Shown here piece by piece: positions 56,470-64,000 of a DNA stretch of 64,000 nt. Under the pieces are notes generated by a model. It ran no database searches, was not told the origin of the DNA, and saw nothing but the letters and a program-made list of their open reading frames with translations. The translations under genes and the position numbers were made by a program. Positions within the stretch are counted from its first letter, which is position 1. The number at the start of each line of letters is the position of its first letter. The stretch lies in contig CAUJDS010000011.1 in NCBI GenBank assembly GCA_963169695.1, positions 57,001 to 121,000 of the forward strand, given 5' to 3'. Origin of the DNA: Bdellovibrionota bacterium. GTDB lineage: Bacteria > Bdellovibrionota > UBA1018 > CAUJDS01.

Positions 56470-58467
56470 TTGACAGTGGGGGATCAGGCTATCTTAAAAA
56501 AACTTATGACACTAGGGATACTCCTGCTTGGCCTTGATGGAATGGCCTGGGCACAGGATTATCGGACCGTCCGAAAAGAATTAGAGGCGGCATTCTCACA
56601 ATTGGCTGACGCGGGTGATTCGAAGGAAGTCGAGGCCTCCCAGGGGCGTATCCAAACTTGGATCAGTGAGTGGGAAAAGCATCCCACCGAGATGGGCGAT
56701 CAGGCCTTGCTCTTGATCGGCAGAAAATACCTCTCCTCTGAAAAAGATCCGGAAATTCAGCGTAGTGCCGCCTCCCTTCTTCTTAGCACCTTGAAGCGCC
56801 ATCCTTGGGCGAGAAATGACCTTCTGGCTTTTGCCGAAACTGAGATTCCATCCAAACCCTTTCTCGGCCAACTCCTAAAGGCAGACCTGCCCAATGCTGA
56901 AATGCTCGAACGTTCGCTACAGATTCTCCTTCGCCGTCCTGACTACGCGGTGGATCTCGCGATGGCACTCTTTGACAATAATGGTCGTACGTGGAAGTCT
57001 GTCTTTCTGGAACGGCGCGATCTCCTCGCCCGAGTCCTGGACACTCGCAACCTTGAACGCGCATTTGAGAACTGGATCTCTCTGCACTCTTTGATTCATA
57101 GTGAAATTTCGAAGGAAGAGCTTTTCAATACGCCAGCGTTCTTTAATGCCTGGCTTCGCGAAGGCCGAGCCATTCCAGAACTGCGAAGTAGAGCTGAGAC
57201 TTTAGTCAACAGTGCGAGCCTTGAAGACCTGCCTGCCCTTGCCAAAGATCCCAGGACCTACGTTTCTCAGCTAGCCATTCCTAGGCTCCTCTCGCTCCAT
57301 TTAACTGAGGCCATACAAAGAGATCTACCTAATGGACTTGTTCAAGATCTTTTTTGGCGATGGAATGAAGTTGAAGAAGATTCAGACTTTTCTTCCATAC
57401 CTGGAACTTTTTTCATCCTTGGACGATTGTCAACTCAGAGTGATATCGCCGCAATCACAAAGAAAGGGTGGAATCAAGGCTGCGCTACTCCCTTCGTTCG
57501 AAATTTCTTCCGCTTTCTCGGTAGAACGGACGCCTCGAAGCCATTACCCGAAGTGACCCATCAGTGGATCCTTCGTCAAATGAAAAACTGCCCTTGTCCG
57601 AAGATCCACCCTTTGCTCGACTCCTACTTTGCTTATACCTCTCCCGACGAGCCCACCCAAAGTGGGCTTGCAAAGCAAATCGCAGCCATCATAGAAAGCC
57701 GAACTGCATTATCCGAAGATAATCCTCTCGCTTTGGACTTAGAATGGTCCCTTCCTATCAATATTCTGCTGGGCGCCGCCGGCTCCACCAACTGTGAGAA
57801 AATACTTCTTTGCTCTACTTGCTCTATCAATGCAAGATTGTTGGCGCTCTTTCACTACGGAAAATACCATCTCATCGAACCCTATTTTGACGAATTTGAA
57901 AGACTCTTCCACGCCCTCATCGAAGAGAAAAAGGGAAACGATACAGACTGGATTTACAAGACAAAGGATTTTTTTGAAGTGCTCAGCGAATCGCCTAGCG
58001 AACGGCGCCGAATGGAAGAGGTGCTACTTCATGAACTTCAAACCCAGGACGAAAAAGGAATCTACTGGCTCCTTATATCACTTTCATCGTCGCCGCTCTA
58101 TTCTAGCGATTTAATAAATCAGTTACTACGACTGATTCAGCCTATTGGCGGGCCCGTTCCTATTTGGTTGGTTCTCAATACCGTACGCAACCTACTGGAG
58201 AGACCTGATAAATTTGATGAAGCGACTTTTTACGCTGCATTTGATCAAATCCACAACGTCGTCGTGGCTACCAAAGAACTTCACTTCGTCAAACAAGAAC
58301 GGTACTGGGCGTTGATTATGAGCCGAGCTACCGAAGAAAAAGTTGTGGCCTACCTTGGCAATACTTCTGGTTGGAAACCCAAGGAAATGGAACGTTTTGT
58401 AAGAGCAACGCTCTACGTCCTAAAAAAACTCAACCTCGAGCCACCACCTGCTTTGCTTCAATACTAA
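56470..58467 (+). CDS. Secreted hypothetical protein (665 aa), helical-repeat-like.
   Basis: Signal peptide (MTLGILLLGLDGMAWAQ). The probable start is the internal M at about 56506. No known domain. Confidence 0.45.
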   Translation: MTVGDQAILKKLMTLGILLLGLDGMAWAQDYRTVRKELEAAFSQLADAGDSKEVEASQGRIQTWISEWEKHPTEMGDQALLLIGRKYLSSEKDPEIQRSAASLLLSTLKRHPWARNDLLAFAETEIPSKPFLGQLLKADLPNAEMLERSLQILLRRPDYAVDLAMALFDNNGRTWKSVFLERRDLLARVLDTRNLERAFENWISLHSLIHSEISKEELFNTPAFFNAWLREGRAIPELRSRAETLVNSASLEDLPALAKDPRTYVSQLAIPRLLSLHLTEAIQRDLPNGLVQDLFWRWNEVEEDSDFSSIPGTFFILGRLSTQSDIAAITKKGWNQGCATPFVRNFFRFLGRTDASKPLPEVTHQWILRQMKNCPCPKIHPLLDSYFAYTSPDEPTQSGLAKQIAAIIESRTALSEDNPLALDLEWSLPINILLGAAGSTNCEKILLCSTCSINARLLALFHYGKYHLIEPYFDEFERLFHALIEEKKGNDTDWIYKTKDFFEVLSESPSERRRMEEVLLHELQTQDEKGIYWLLISLSSSPLYSSDLINQLLRLIQPIGGPVPIWLVLNTVRNLLERPDKFDEATFYAAFDQIHNVVVATKELHFVKQERYWALIMSRATEEKVVAYLGNTSGWKPKEMERFVRATLYVLKKLNLEPPPALLQY

Positions 58468-58534
58468 AATCGCTTCATTTGGAGTGACAGGAAGCCGTCT
58501 CCTCTGGCATTCTTGCGGATGAAAAAAGGAATCC

Positions 58535-58828
58535 ATGCTTATGAAAATTTGCGCCTTCCTCGCGCTTGCCCTCGGCATCGCTCTTTCGTCCTATGCTCAC
58601 GCGGAAACCGTCTTAGTCAAGGTAGAAGGGATGGTTTGCTCGTCTTGCGCTAAGAAGATTGAGAAAGACCTCTCCGCCCTACCGTCAGTCCAATCCGCCA
58701 AAGTGGAATTCAAAAAACACCTCGTCAGAATAGATACGCAAAAAGGTATCCAACTCGAGGATGCTCTGATTGAGAAAACACTCACGGATGCTGGATTTCA
58801 TCTGAAGTCGATTAAACGAGTAAACTAG
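58535..58828 (+). CDS. Periplasmic heavy-metal-associated (HMA) domain metallochaperone, MerP/CopZ-like.
   Basis: Signal peptide followed by the GMVCSSCAKKIEKDL metal-binding CxxC motif. 97 aa. Confidence 0.8.
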   Translation: MLMKICAFLALALGIALSSYAHAETVLVKVEGMVCSSCAKKIEKDLSALPSVQSAKVEFKKHLVRIDTQKGIQLEDALIEKTLTDAGFHLKSIKRVN

Positions 58829-59619
58829 GGCTTAAGCTGCTGCACTACCGAGCGATGCATCTGCCATAGATGCGTGTAAAGCTTTCGACCCTCGTCTGTA
58901 AGCACGTAACGAGTACCCTCTTCCAATCGGATCCACTTAGCTGTTTCGAAAAAGCTCAAAGCACTTGCTAGGCTGCTAAAACTCACCACGCCTGCTAGTT
59001 GAGTACCAATGCCCTCTCGCGTGGCAACAGGAGTAAAATCAATCGCACCGAGAACCATCAGTCGCGAGTTAGCGACGGAGAAAGTAACCGAACCATCGCC
59101 CCTCGAGCGTATCCATGGCCCCTTAAGGGATGGAGTTTCAGGCATCACCGTGGCTTCAGTGCCCAGAACATCTTTTCTCAATGAAACATAAGCATCGATA
59201 TAGCCATGATGATCCAGCCACTCGGTACCCGATGCAGCTACCTTATACCCGGATGGGGTACGAGCTCCTTCACTGACAAAGCCCATTTCTTTGAGGCGCT
59301 CCAACGTTTGCAGGGCAGCCTTTTCCGATATTGCCCTACTGGCAGCGATACTCGTCAAAGTGGATTTTGGGGTTTTTCGAAAGCTGGCCAGGAAAAGTCC
59401 ATCCATCAAAGATGGTAGCTTGGGATGCTTTTTGCGGTAGGCGATCAGACTCTGGAAGCTCTCCTTCATTTCAGCAGGCGTAGGAACTGGGACGGAAGCG
59501 AAGGTCTCATAGACACAACTCCATCGGCGCCTGACGGCTTCATTGTCCGCAAAGGAGGAGGCCGAATACTGGGTGACCGTAAGTAGCGATAGAAGGAGAC
59601 CAAACCAAGCCATGCGCAT
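58825..59619 (-). CDS. Secreted hypothetical protein (264 aa).
   Basis: Signal peptide (MRMAWFGLLLSLLTVTQYSASSFA). No confident domain assignment. Confidence 0.4.
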   Translation of the reverse strand: MRMAWFGLLLSLLTVTQYSASSFADNEAVRRRWSCVYETFASVPVPTPAEMKESFQSLIAYRKKHPKLPSLMDGLFLASFRKTPKSTLTSIAASRAISEKAALQTLERLKEMGFVSEGARTPSGYKVAASGTEWLDHHGYIDAYVSLRKDVLGTEATVMPETPSLKGPWIRSRGDGSVTFSVANSRLMVLGAIDFTPVATREGIGTQLAGVVSFSSLASALSFFETAKWIRLEEGTRYVLTDEGRKLYTHLWQMHRSVVQQLKP

Positions 59620-59675
59620 AACCTAAGCTTATCATCCTTTGGTAGAATAATTCCAGCGCCGCGTTAAGTAGGCCC

Positions 59676-60095
59676 TTATTCTAGGAAATAGGCCCGGTTC
59701 TTTTCCTCGGGCAGAGCGCAGTCCTTAGAAGGTCGAAAAATTTTGTGCCGATGCCGGGCGATAAAATTATAAAACCCATCTCGTTTTGCCGGCGAGACTC
59801 GTTTAAGCCAAAGGGACATCTGATATCCCCATATGCCTAGACGAGGCAGGATCTGAAGGATCGCTTCACTTCGTTCATAGAGTCGACCATCCTGCCAGAG
59901 CATGACCGTGTCCGAAGTCTTGGCTTGTACCCCAATAAGGAGAAGAGCGGTTTTTCCCTGGAGAGGAGCAAATTGAAATACATGCTTCTCGTCATGCTTC
60001 AGCACCCACTGAACAACGCGATTGCAGAGGCCGCACTTGCCGTCGTAGAAAACCACAGGCTGGCTTGGAAGCGGTGTTTGGAGGGAAGAACTCAT
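59676..60095 (-). CDS. Thiol-disulfide oxidoreductase DCC family protein (DUF393).
   Basis: VVFYDGKCGLCNRVVQWVLKHD...FAPLQ is the DCC-family CxxC signature. 139 aa. Confidence 0.8.
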   Translation of the reverse strand: MSSSLQTPLPSQPVVFYDGKCGLCNRVVQWVLKHDEKHVFQFAPLQGKTALLLIGVQAKTSDTVMLWQDGRLYERSEAILQILPRLGIWGYQMSLWLKRVSPAKRDGFYNFIARHRHKIFRPSKDCALPEEKNRAYFLE

Positions 60096-60183
60096 GTCCT
60101 CTTCTTACAATACTCTCTCGCGGCTGCCTATTGGACTTTACCCCCTTTAAAAACTCAGACCTTTCCGCTATAGCCACGAATGC

Positions 60184-60930
60184 ATGCGGTCGAAACTAAG
60201 TGTTCTCTTTTTGCTCCTCATTTTCCTTACTTCGCCTGAAGAAATACTGGCGAGCTCGCCCATTCGAACGACTTTTTACGATAGTTGCCAGGCCACTCTA
60301 GTTGATGACCCGCTCTGGAAAAAGCTAGATCAATTCAAAGCCCTGATGCAGTCCCTCCAACCTGAGCTCATCAGTCGAATGCTCCAGCAAATTGAAAATG
60401 AAGACCCGTTCTCTCTAATAGTTCCGAGACAAATGCGCATACCTGAAAAAATCCTCAAAGAACCCCGATGCGGGATCGCAGTCAAGCACCTCAGAGCGAT
60501 TTTAGAAGAGCATGGCATTACGTTTAAACAGCACCTTATCATTCTTCCGGATCAGTACCATCGCTCGGGGGACCATACTTTTCTTGTCGTTGAACTCGAA
60601 GGTCACCGAATTATTCTCGACCCAACTTATCAGCAATTCATCTACGACTTTATTTATCTCCCCTACTACTCTAGAGACTCCATCGATACCGCTGGGTATT
60701 TTCCACAGGAACAAATTTTGGTTTTGCCCGAAGAACACCTCGATCTATTTATTCAGTCCTTCGTAGACGCGAGAAATCACCTTCTCCAGCAGTGGCAAAG
60801 CGCCTATGGCATTCTAAAAGAACCTCCGGACAAGCCGAGAGTTCTTGCGATGACTGATGCTCGATTTGCAGCCTTTATGAAAGAACCTTGGAATTTTATG
60901 GAGCCAAGGTATTCCATCGAGAAGGATTGA
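60184..60930 (+). CDS. Secreted hypothetical protein (248 aa).
   Basis: Signal peptide (LSVLFLLLIFLTSPEEILA). No known domain. Confidence 0.4.
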   Translation: MRSKLSVLFLLLIFLTSPEEILASSPIRTTFYDSCQATLVDDPLWKKLDQFKALMQSLQPELISRMLQQIENEDPFSLIVPRQMRIPEKILKEPRCGIAVKHLRAILEEHGITFKQHLIILPDQYHRSGDHTFLVVELEGHRIILDPTYQQFIYDFIYLPYYSRDSIDTAGYFPQEQILVLPEEHLDLFIQSFVDARNHLLQQWQSAYGILKEPPDKPRVLAMTDARFAAFMKEPWNFMEPRYSIEKD

Positions 60931-60960
60931 TCTACCGTTGAGACCTAGCGTCGCGAAATG

Positions 60961-63900
60961 CTACATATTCCTGCGGTATTTGCCGCCGACTTCATAGAGC
61001 GCGTGAGTCATCTGCCCTAAAGTACAAACGCGACTGGTCTCCATCATCTGGTCGAAGAGATTTTGGTGGGTAACGGCTGCTTCTTGCAGCCCCCGAAGAG
61101 CGATGGCCCCTTCTTTGGCAAAACGCTTTTTCATTTCTGCCACCGTGCGAATCTGGGCTGCTTTTTCTTCCTCAGTCGATCGTATCACTTCACGAGGCAG
61201 AACGGTCGGCGAGCCTTCTTTTGATAGAAACGTATTGACCCCAACAATAGGATACTCTCCCGAATGCTTCAGCGTCTCGTAGTAGAGGGACTCTTCTTGA
61301 ATCTTTCCACGCTGGTACATGGTCTCCATCGCACCTAGTACTCCGCCACGTTCCGTGATGCGATCAAACTCTGCAAGCACGGCAGCTTCTACTTGATCCG
61401 TCAAATACTCCAAAAGGTAGGACCCTTGAAATGGATTTTGATTCTTCGTCATGCCAAATTCGTAGTTAATCACCATTTGAATCGCGATTGCCCTTCGAAC
61501 GGATTCTTCCGTCGGTGTCGTAATGGCTTCGTCATAGGCGTTGGTGTGAAGCGAATTGCAACTATCCGCAATGGCATACAAAGCCTGAAGTGTCGTCCGA
61601 ATGTCATTGAATGCAATCTCTTGTGCGTGAAGCGATCGTCCCGAGGTCTGAATATGGTACTTAAGTTTCTGTGAACGCTCGGATGCTCCGTACTTGAGTT
61701 TCATTGCCTTGGACCAGATGCGACGTGCCACCCTTCCAATCACGGCATACTCGGGATCCACACCGTTGGAGAAGAAGAACGAAAGATTGGGCGCAAAGTC
61801 ATCCGCCACCATTCCGCGCGAAAGGTAATACTCCACGAAAGTAAATCCATTCGCCAACGTAAAGGCTAACTGAGAAATCGGATTGGCCCCTGCTTCGGCG
61901 ATGTGATAGCCCGAAATCGAAACCGAATAAAAATTACGAACGTGATGCTTGATGAAAGACGCTTGAACATCGCCCATCAATTTCAATGCAAATTCCGTCG
62001 AAAAAATGCAAGTATTCTGCGCCTGATCTTCTTTCAGAATATCTGCCTGCACGGTCCCACGAACCGAGGCAAGCGCCTGAGCACGGATCTTCTCGTAGAC
62101 GTCGTGAGGGAGGTGATCCTTTCCAGAGGAGCCCAAGAGCAGAAGTCCAAGTCCATCGTTCCCTTCGGGCAAGGGACCAAGGTAACAAGGCCGAGGCATT
62201 CCAAGCTTGCGATAATACTCTTCGATGCGCTTGGCAACGACTTCTGCTTCGCCACGACGAATGATCTCTTTCTCGCACTGCTGATCAATGGCGGCATTGA
62301 GAAAGAATGCCAGCACCAAGGGGGCGGGACCATTGATGGTCATGGAGACGGAAGTCTTTGGATCACAAAGGTCAAAACCCGAATACAATTTCTTTGCATC
62401 ATCCAAGCAACAAACGGATACGCCTGAGTTTCCTATTTTTCCGTAGATATCCGGACGAAGGTCGGGATCCTCCCCGTATAAAGTCACGGAATCAAATGCG
62501 GTGGATAGCCGAAGTGCGGGCATTCCTTGAGACACATAATGAAACCTGCGATTGGTTCGCTCCGGAGCCCCTTCACCCGCAAACATTCTCGTAGGGTCTT
62601 CAAATTCACGCTTAAACGGAAACACGCCCGCCGTGAAAGGAAATAATCCTGGGACATTTTCTTGCCCTTCCCAACGCAAAACCTCGCCCCACGATTCTAG
62701 TTTGGGTACCAAGACCTTTGGAATTCGTGTGTGGGACAAGCTCTCGGTATGGGTTCGGACCACCATCTCGCGGTCTCGCACTTTGAATCGGTATTCATCC
62801 GCTTCGTAGCGTTTTCGCTTGTCTTCAAAGCCTTTTAGTTTTTCGAGTGCGGGAGCACCCAATTCCTTTTCGAGCTTTTGCTGCTCGGACTGCAGCTTCT
62901 TTTGCAAGGTGGGCTCGGCATCCTTTGCTAGGTAAGCCGCAGTCTCTGTCACACTCTGCAGTTTTCTGGCTTGAATCGCTTGGACTTCTAATGATTCATT
63001 GTAAGCCCTTATCGTTTCTGCAATCTCAGACAAGTAGCGTGTGCGCTGGGGCGGAATGATCGATACCTTCTTGGACTCTTCCGTCACCTTGAGCGGCGAA
63101 GCGATTCGAAATTGTGAGCCGTGACTTTGGGCAAGTCGCTCCGTCATTTTTTGGTAGAGGCGTTCGGTCCCGGGATCGCTGAATTGTGAAGCAATGGTGC
63201 CATATACCAAAAGGTCTTCGTCTTTGGCATCAAAGAGCTTTCTGGCACGTTGGTACTGCTTCTTGACGTCGCGAAGGGCGTCGTGTGCACCTCGCCGATC
63301 GAATTTATTGATGGCGATCAAGTCTGCATAATCGATCATGTCGATTTTCTCGAGCTGCGTAGCTGCGCCGTACTCCGGCGTCATCACATAGAGCGAAAGA
63401 TCCGAATGATCCACCACTTCGGTATCGGATTGACCGATGCCGGAGGTTTCGAGAATCACCAAATCAAATGGCGCCAGCTTCATGAGCTGAAGCGCCGACT
63501 GAACATTTTTGGCCAGTGCAAGATTGGCCTGACGTGTTGCCATGGAACGCATGTAGATTCCGGGATGATAAATAGCGTTCATCCGGATACGGTCACCCAA
63601 CAGGGCTCCGCCCGTTTTTCGTTTGGAAGGGTCGACCGACAAAATCCCTATTCGAATTTTCGGAAAGTCCCGCAAAAACCTCCGAACCAACTCGTCCACG
63701 AGAGAAGACTTACCCGCTCCTCCCGTACCCGTCACACCGAGGACGGGGATCTTTGACGAGGCCGCCTTTGCTGCAACTTCTGCAATCCATTTGGAGTCGG
63801 GAGCGTTTTCTGGCGCCTCTGCAAAGCTAAGCAAGCGAGCGAGGGTCGTCCAGTTACCTTGCTGAAGGGACTTCCAAGCATCCTTCGGAAAATCAAAGAG

Positions 63901-64000
63901 TGAATAATCCGATTCCCTCAGGACTTCATTGATCATGCCCTGCAGTCCCAGAGCGCGTCCGTCATCCGGGGTAAAAATCCGCGCAACCTTGGTCTCTCCC
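60961..64000 (-). CDS. icmF: Fused isobutyryl-CoA mutase (B12 domain + MeaB-like GTPase + mutase). Partial: the N-terminal B12-binding domain extends beyond the window end.
   Basis: MeaB G-domain ([19 protein letters not shown]) followed by the methylmalonyl/isobutyryl-CoA mutase substrate-binding TIM barrel. The minus-strand frame stays open upstream of the 63936 ATG to the window edge (...[26 protein letters not shown]), as expected for the B12-domain C-terminus. Confidence 0.8.
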   Translation of the reverse strand, partial: GETKVARIFTPDDGRALGLQGMINEVLRESDYSLFDFPKDAWKSLQQGNWTTLARLLSFAEAPENAPDSKWIAEVAAKAASSKIPVLGVTGTGGAGKSSLVDELVRRFLRDFPKIRIGILSVDPSKRKTGGALLGDRIRMNAIYHPGIYMRSMATRQANLALAKNVQSALQLMKLAPFDLVILETSGIGQSDTEVVDHSDLSLYVMTPEYGAATQLEKIDMIDYADLIAINKFDRRGAHDALRDVKKQYQRARKLFDAKDEDLLVYGTIASQFSDPGTERLYQKMTERLAQSHGSQFRIASPLKVTEESKKVSIIPPQRTRYLSEIAETIRAYNESLEVQAIQARKLQSVTETAAYLAKDAEPTLQKKLQSEQQKLEKELGAPALEKLKGFEDKRKRYEADEYRFKVRDREMVVRTHTESLSHTRIPKVLVPKLESWGEVLRWEGQENVPGLFPFTAGVFPFKREFEDPTRMFAGEGAPERTNRRFHYVSQGMPALRLSTAFDSVTLYGEDPDLRPDIYGKIGNSGVSVCCLDDAKKLYSGFDLCDPKTSVSMTINGPAPLVLAFFLNAAIDQQCEKEIIRRGEAEVVAKRIEEYYRKLGMPRPCYLGPLPEGNDGLGLLLLGSSGKDHLPHDVYEKIRAQALASVRGTVQADILKEDQAQNTCIFSTEFALKLMGDVQASFIKHHVRNFYSVSISGYHIAEAGANPISQLAFTLANGFTFVEYYLSRGMVADDFAPNLSFFFSNGVDPEYAVIGRVARRIWSKAMKLKYGASERSQKLKYHIQTSGRSLHAQEIAFNDIRTTLQALYAIADSCNSLHTNAYDEAITTPTEESVRRAIAIQMVINYEFGMTKNQNPFQGSYLLEYLTDQVEAAVLAEFDRITERGGVLGAMETMYQRGKIQEESLYYETLKHSGEYPIVGVNTFLSKEGSPTVLPREVIRSTEEEKAAQIRTVAEMKKRFAKEGAIALRGLQEAAVTHQNLFDQMMETSRVCTLGQMTHALYEVGGKYRRNM

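Noticed and set aside
1-64000. rRNA, tRNA and tmRNA genes.
   Set aside because: No tRNA-like cloverleaf or rRNA-like conserved stretch was recognised in any intergenic gap. Gaps are short and mostly promoter- or terminator-like.

Overview
This 64-kb window is a bacterial chromosomal segment of about 50% GC. It is gene-dense, mostly minus-strand, and carries many signal-peptide proteins of unknown function. It looks like a Bdellovibrio-type deltaproteobacterial genome; that guess is inference only. Positions 1-9.9 kb hold the core metabolic genes. These are a partial oppC-oppB-oppA peptide ABC importer, an M1-like zinc peptidase, a FabD-like acyltransferase and a fused alpha/beta TPP-dependent 2-oxoacid dehydrogenase E1. 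They are followed by glutaryl-CoA dehydrogenase and a TauE/SafE exporter. At 10.0-10.6 kb an AT-rich islet carries a DUF4258-like toxin and XRE-HTH antitoxin pair with a palindromic operator. Next to it lies a 1046-aa secreted protein whose C-terminus is a formylglycine-generating-enzyme (FGE/SUMF1) domain. After that come a carotenoid-cleavage oxygenase, a standalone NIF3-insert PII-like protein and EttA. Positions 17.7-26.1 kb hold secreted hypotheticals, a vWA lipoprotein with a Gly/Cys tail, a GT87/DUF2029 membrane protein and an orphan AddB-like nuclease. A long purine operon runs from 39.3 down to 26.0 kb (purF-purC-purD-purN-purL-purQ ... purH-purM). It is interrupted by a LemA-TPM-TPM triplet. 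Its PurL is the large type but lacks the glutaminase domain, which is encoded separately as PurQ. The region from 42.2 to 49.9 kb looks accessory. It contains a GH24-type lysozyme-like gene overlapping a lipoprotein gene. A family of intergenic hairpin and tandem repeats lies at 42.25, 43.5 and 44.2 kb. A 1025-aa secreted coiled-coil protein sits in lower-GC DNA. An HNH endonuclease gene is bounded by about 60-bp imperfect terminal inverted repeats at 47,599-47,655 and 49,201-49,262. An EVE (PUA-like) domain gene follows immediately. The rest of the window holds split E1 alpha and beta subunits, an ICMT-like methyltransferase, a PqqC/TenA-like protein, pirin, an HMA metallochaperone, a DCC oxidoreductase and the 3' portion of a fused isobutyryl-CoA mutase (icmF) that runs off the window. 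I found no rRNA, tRNA or CRISPR. The best candidates for an undescribed system are the TIR-bounded HNH cassette with the EVE gene, and the lysozyme/lipoprotein pair with its repeat elements next to the giant coiled-coil protein. The toxin-antitoxin islet with the FGE-domain giant protein is a further candidate.
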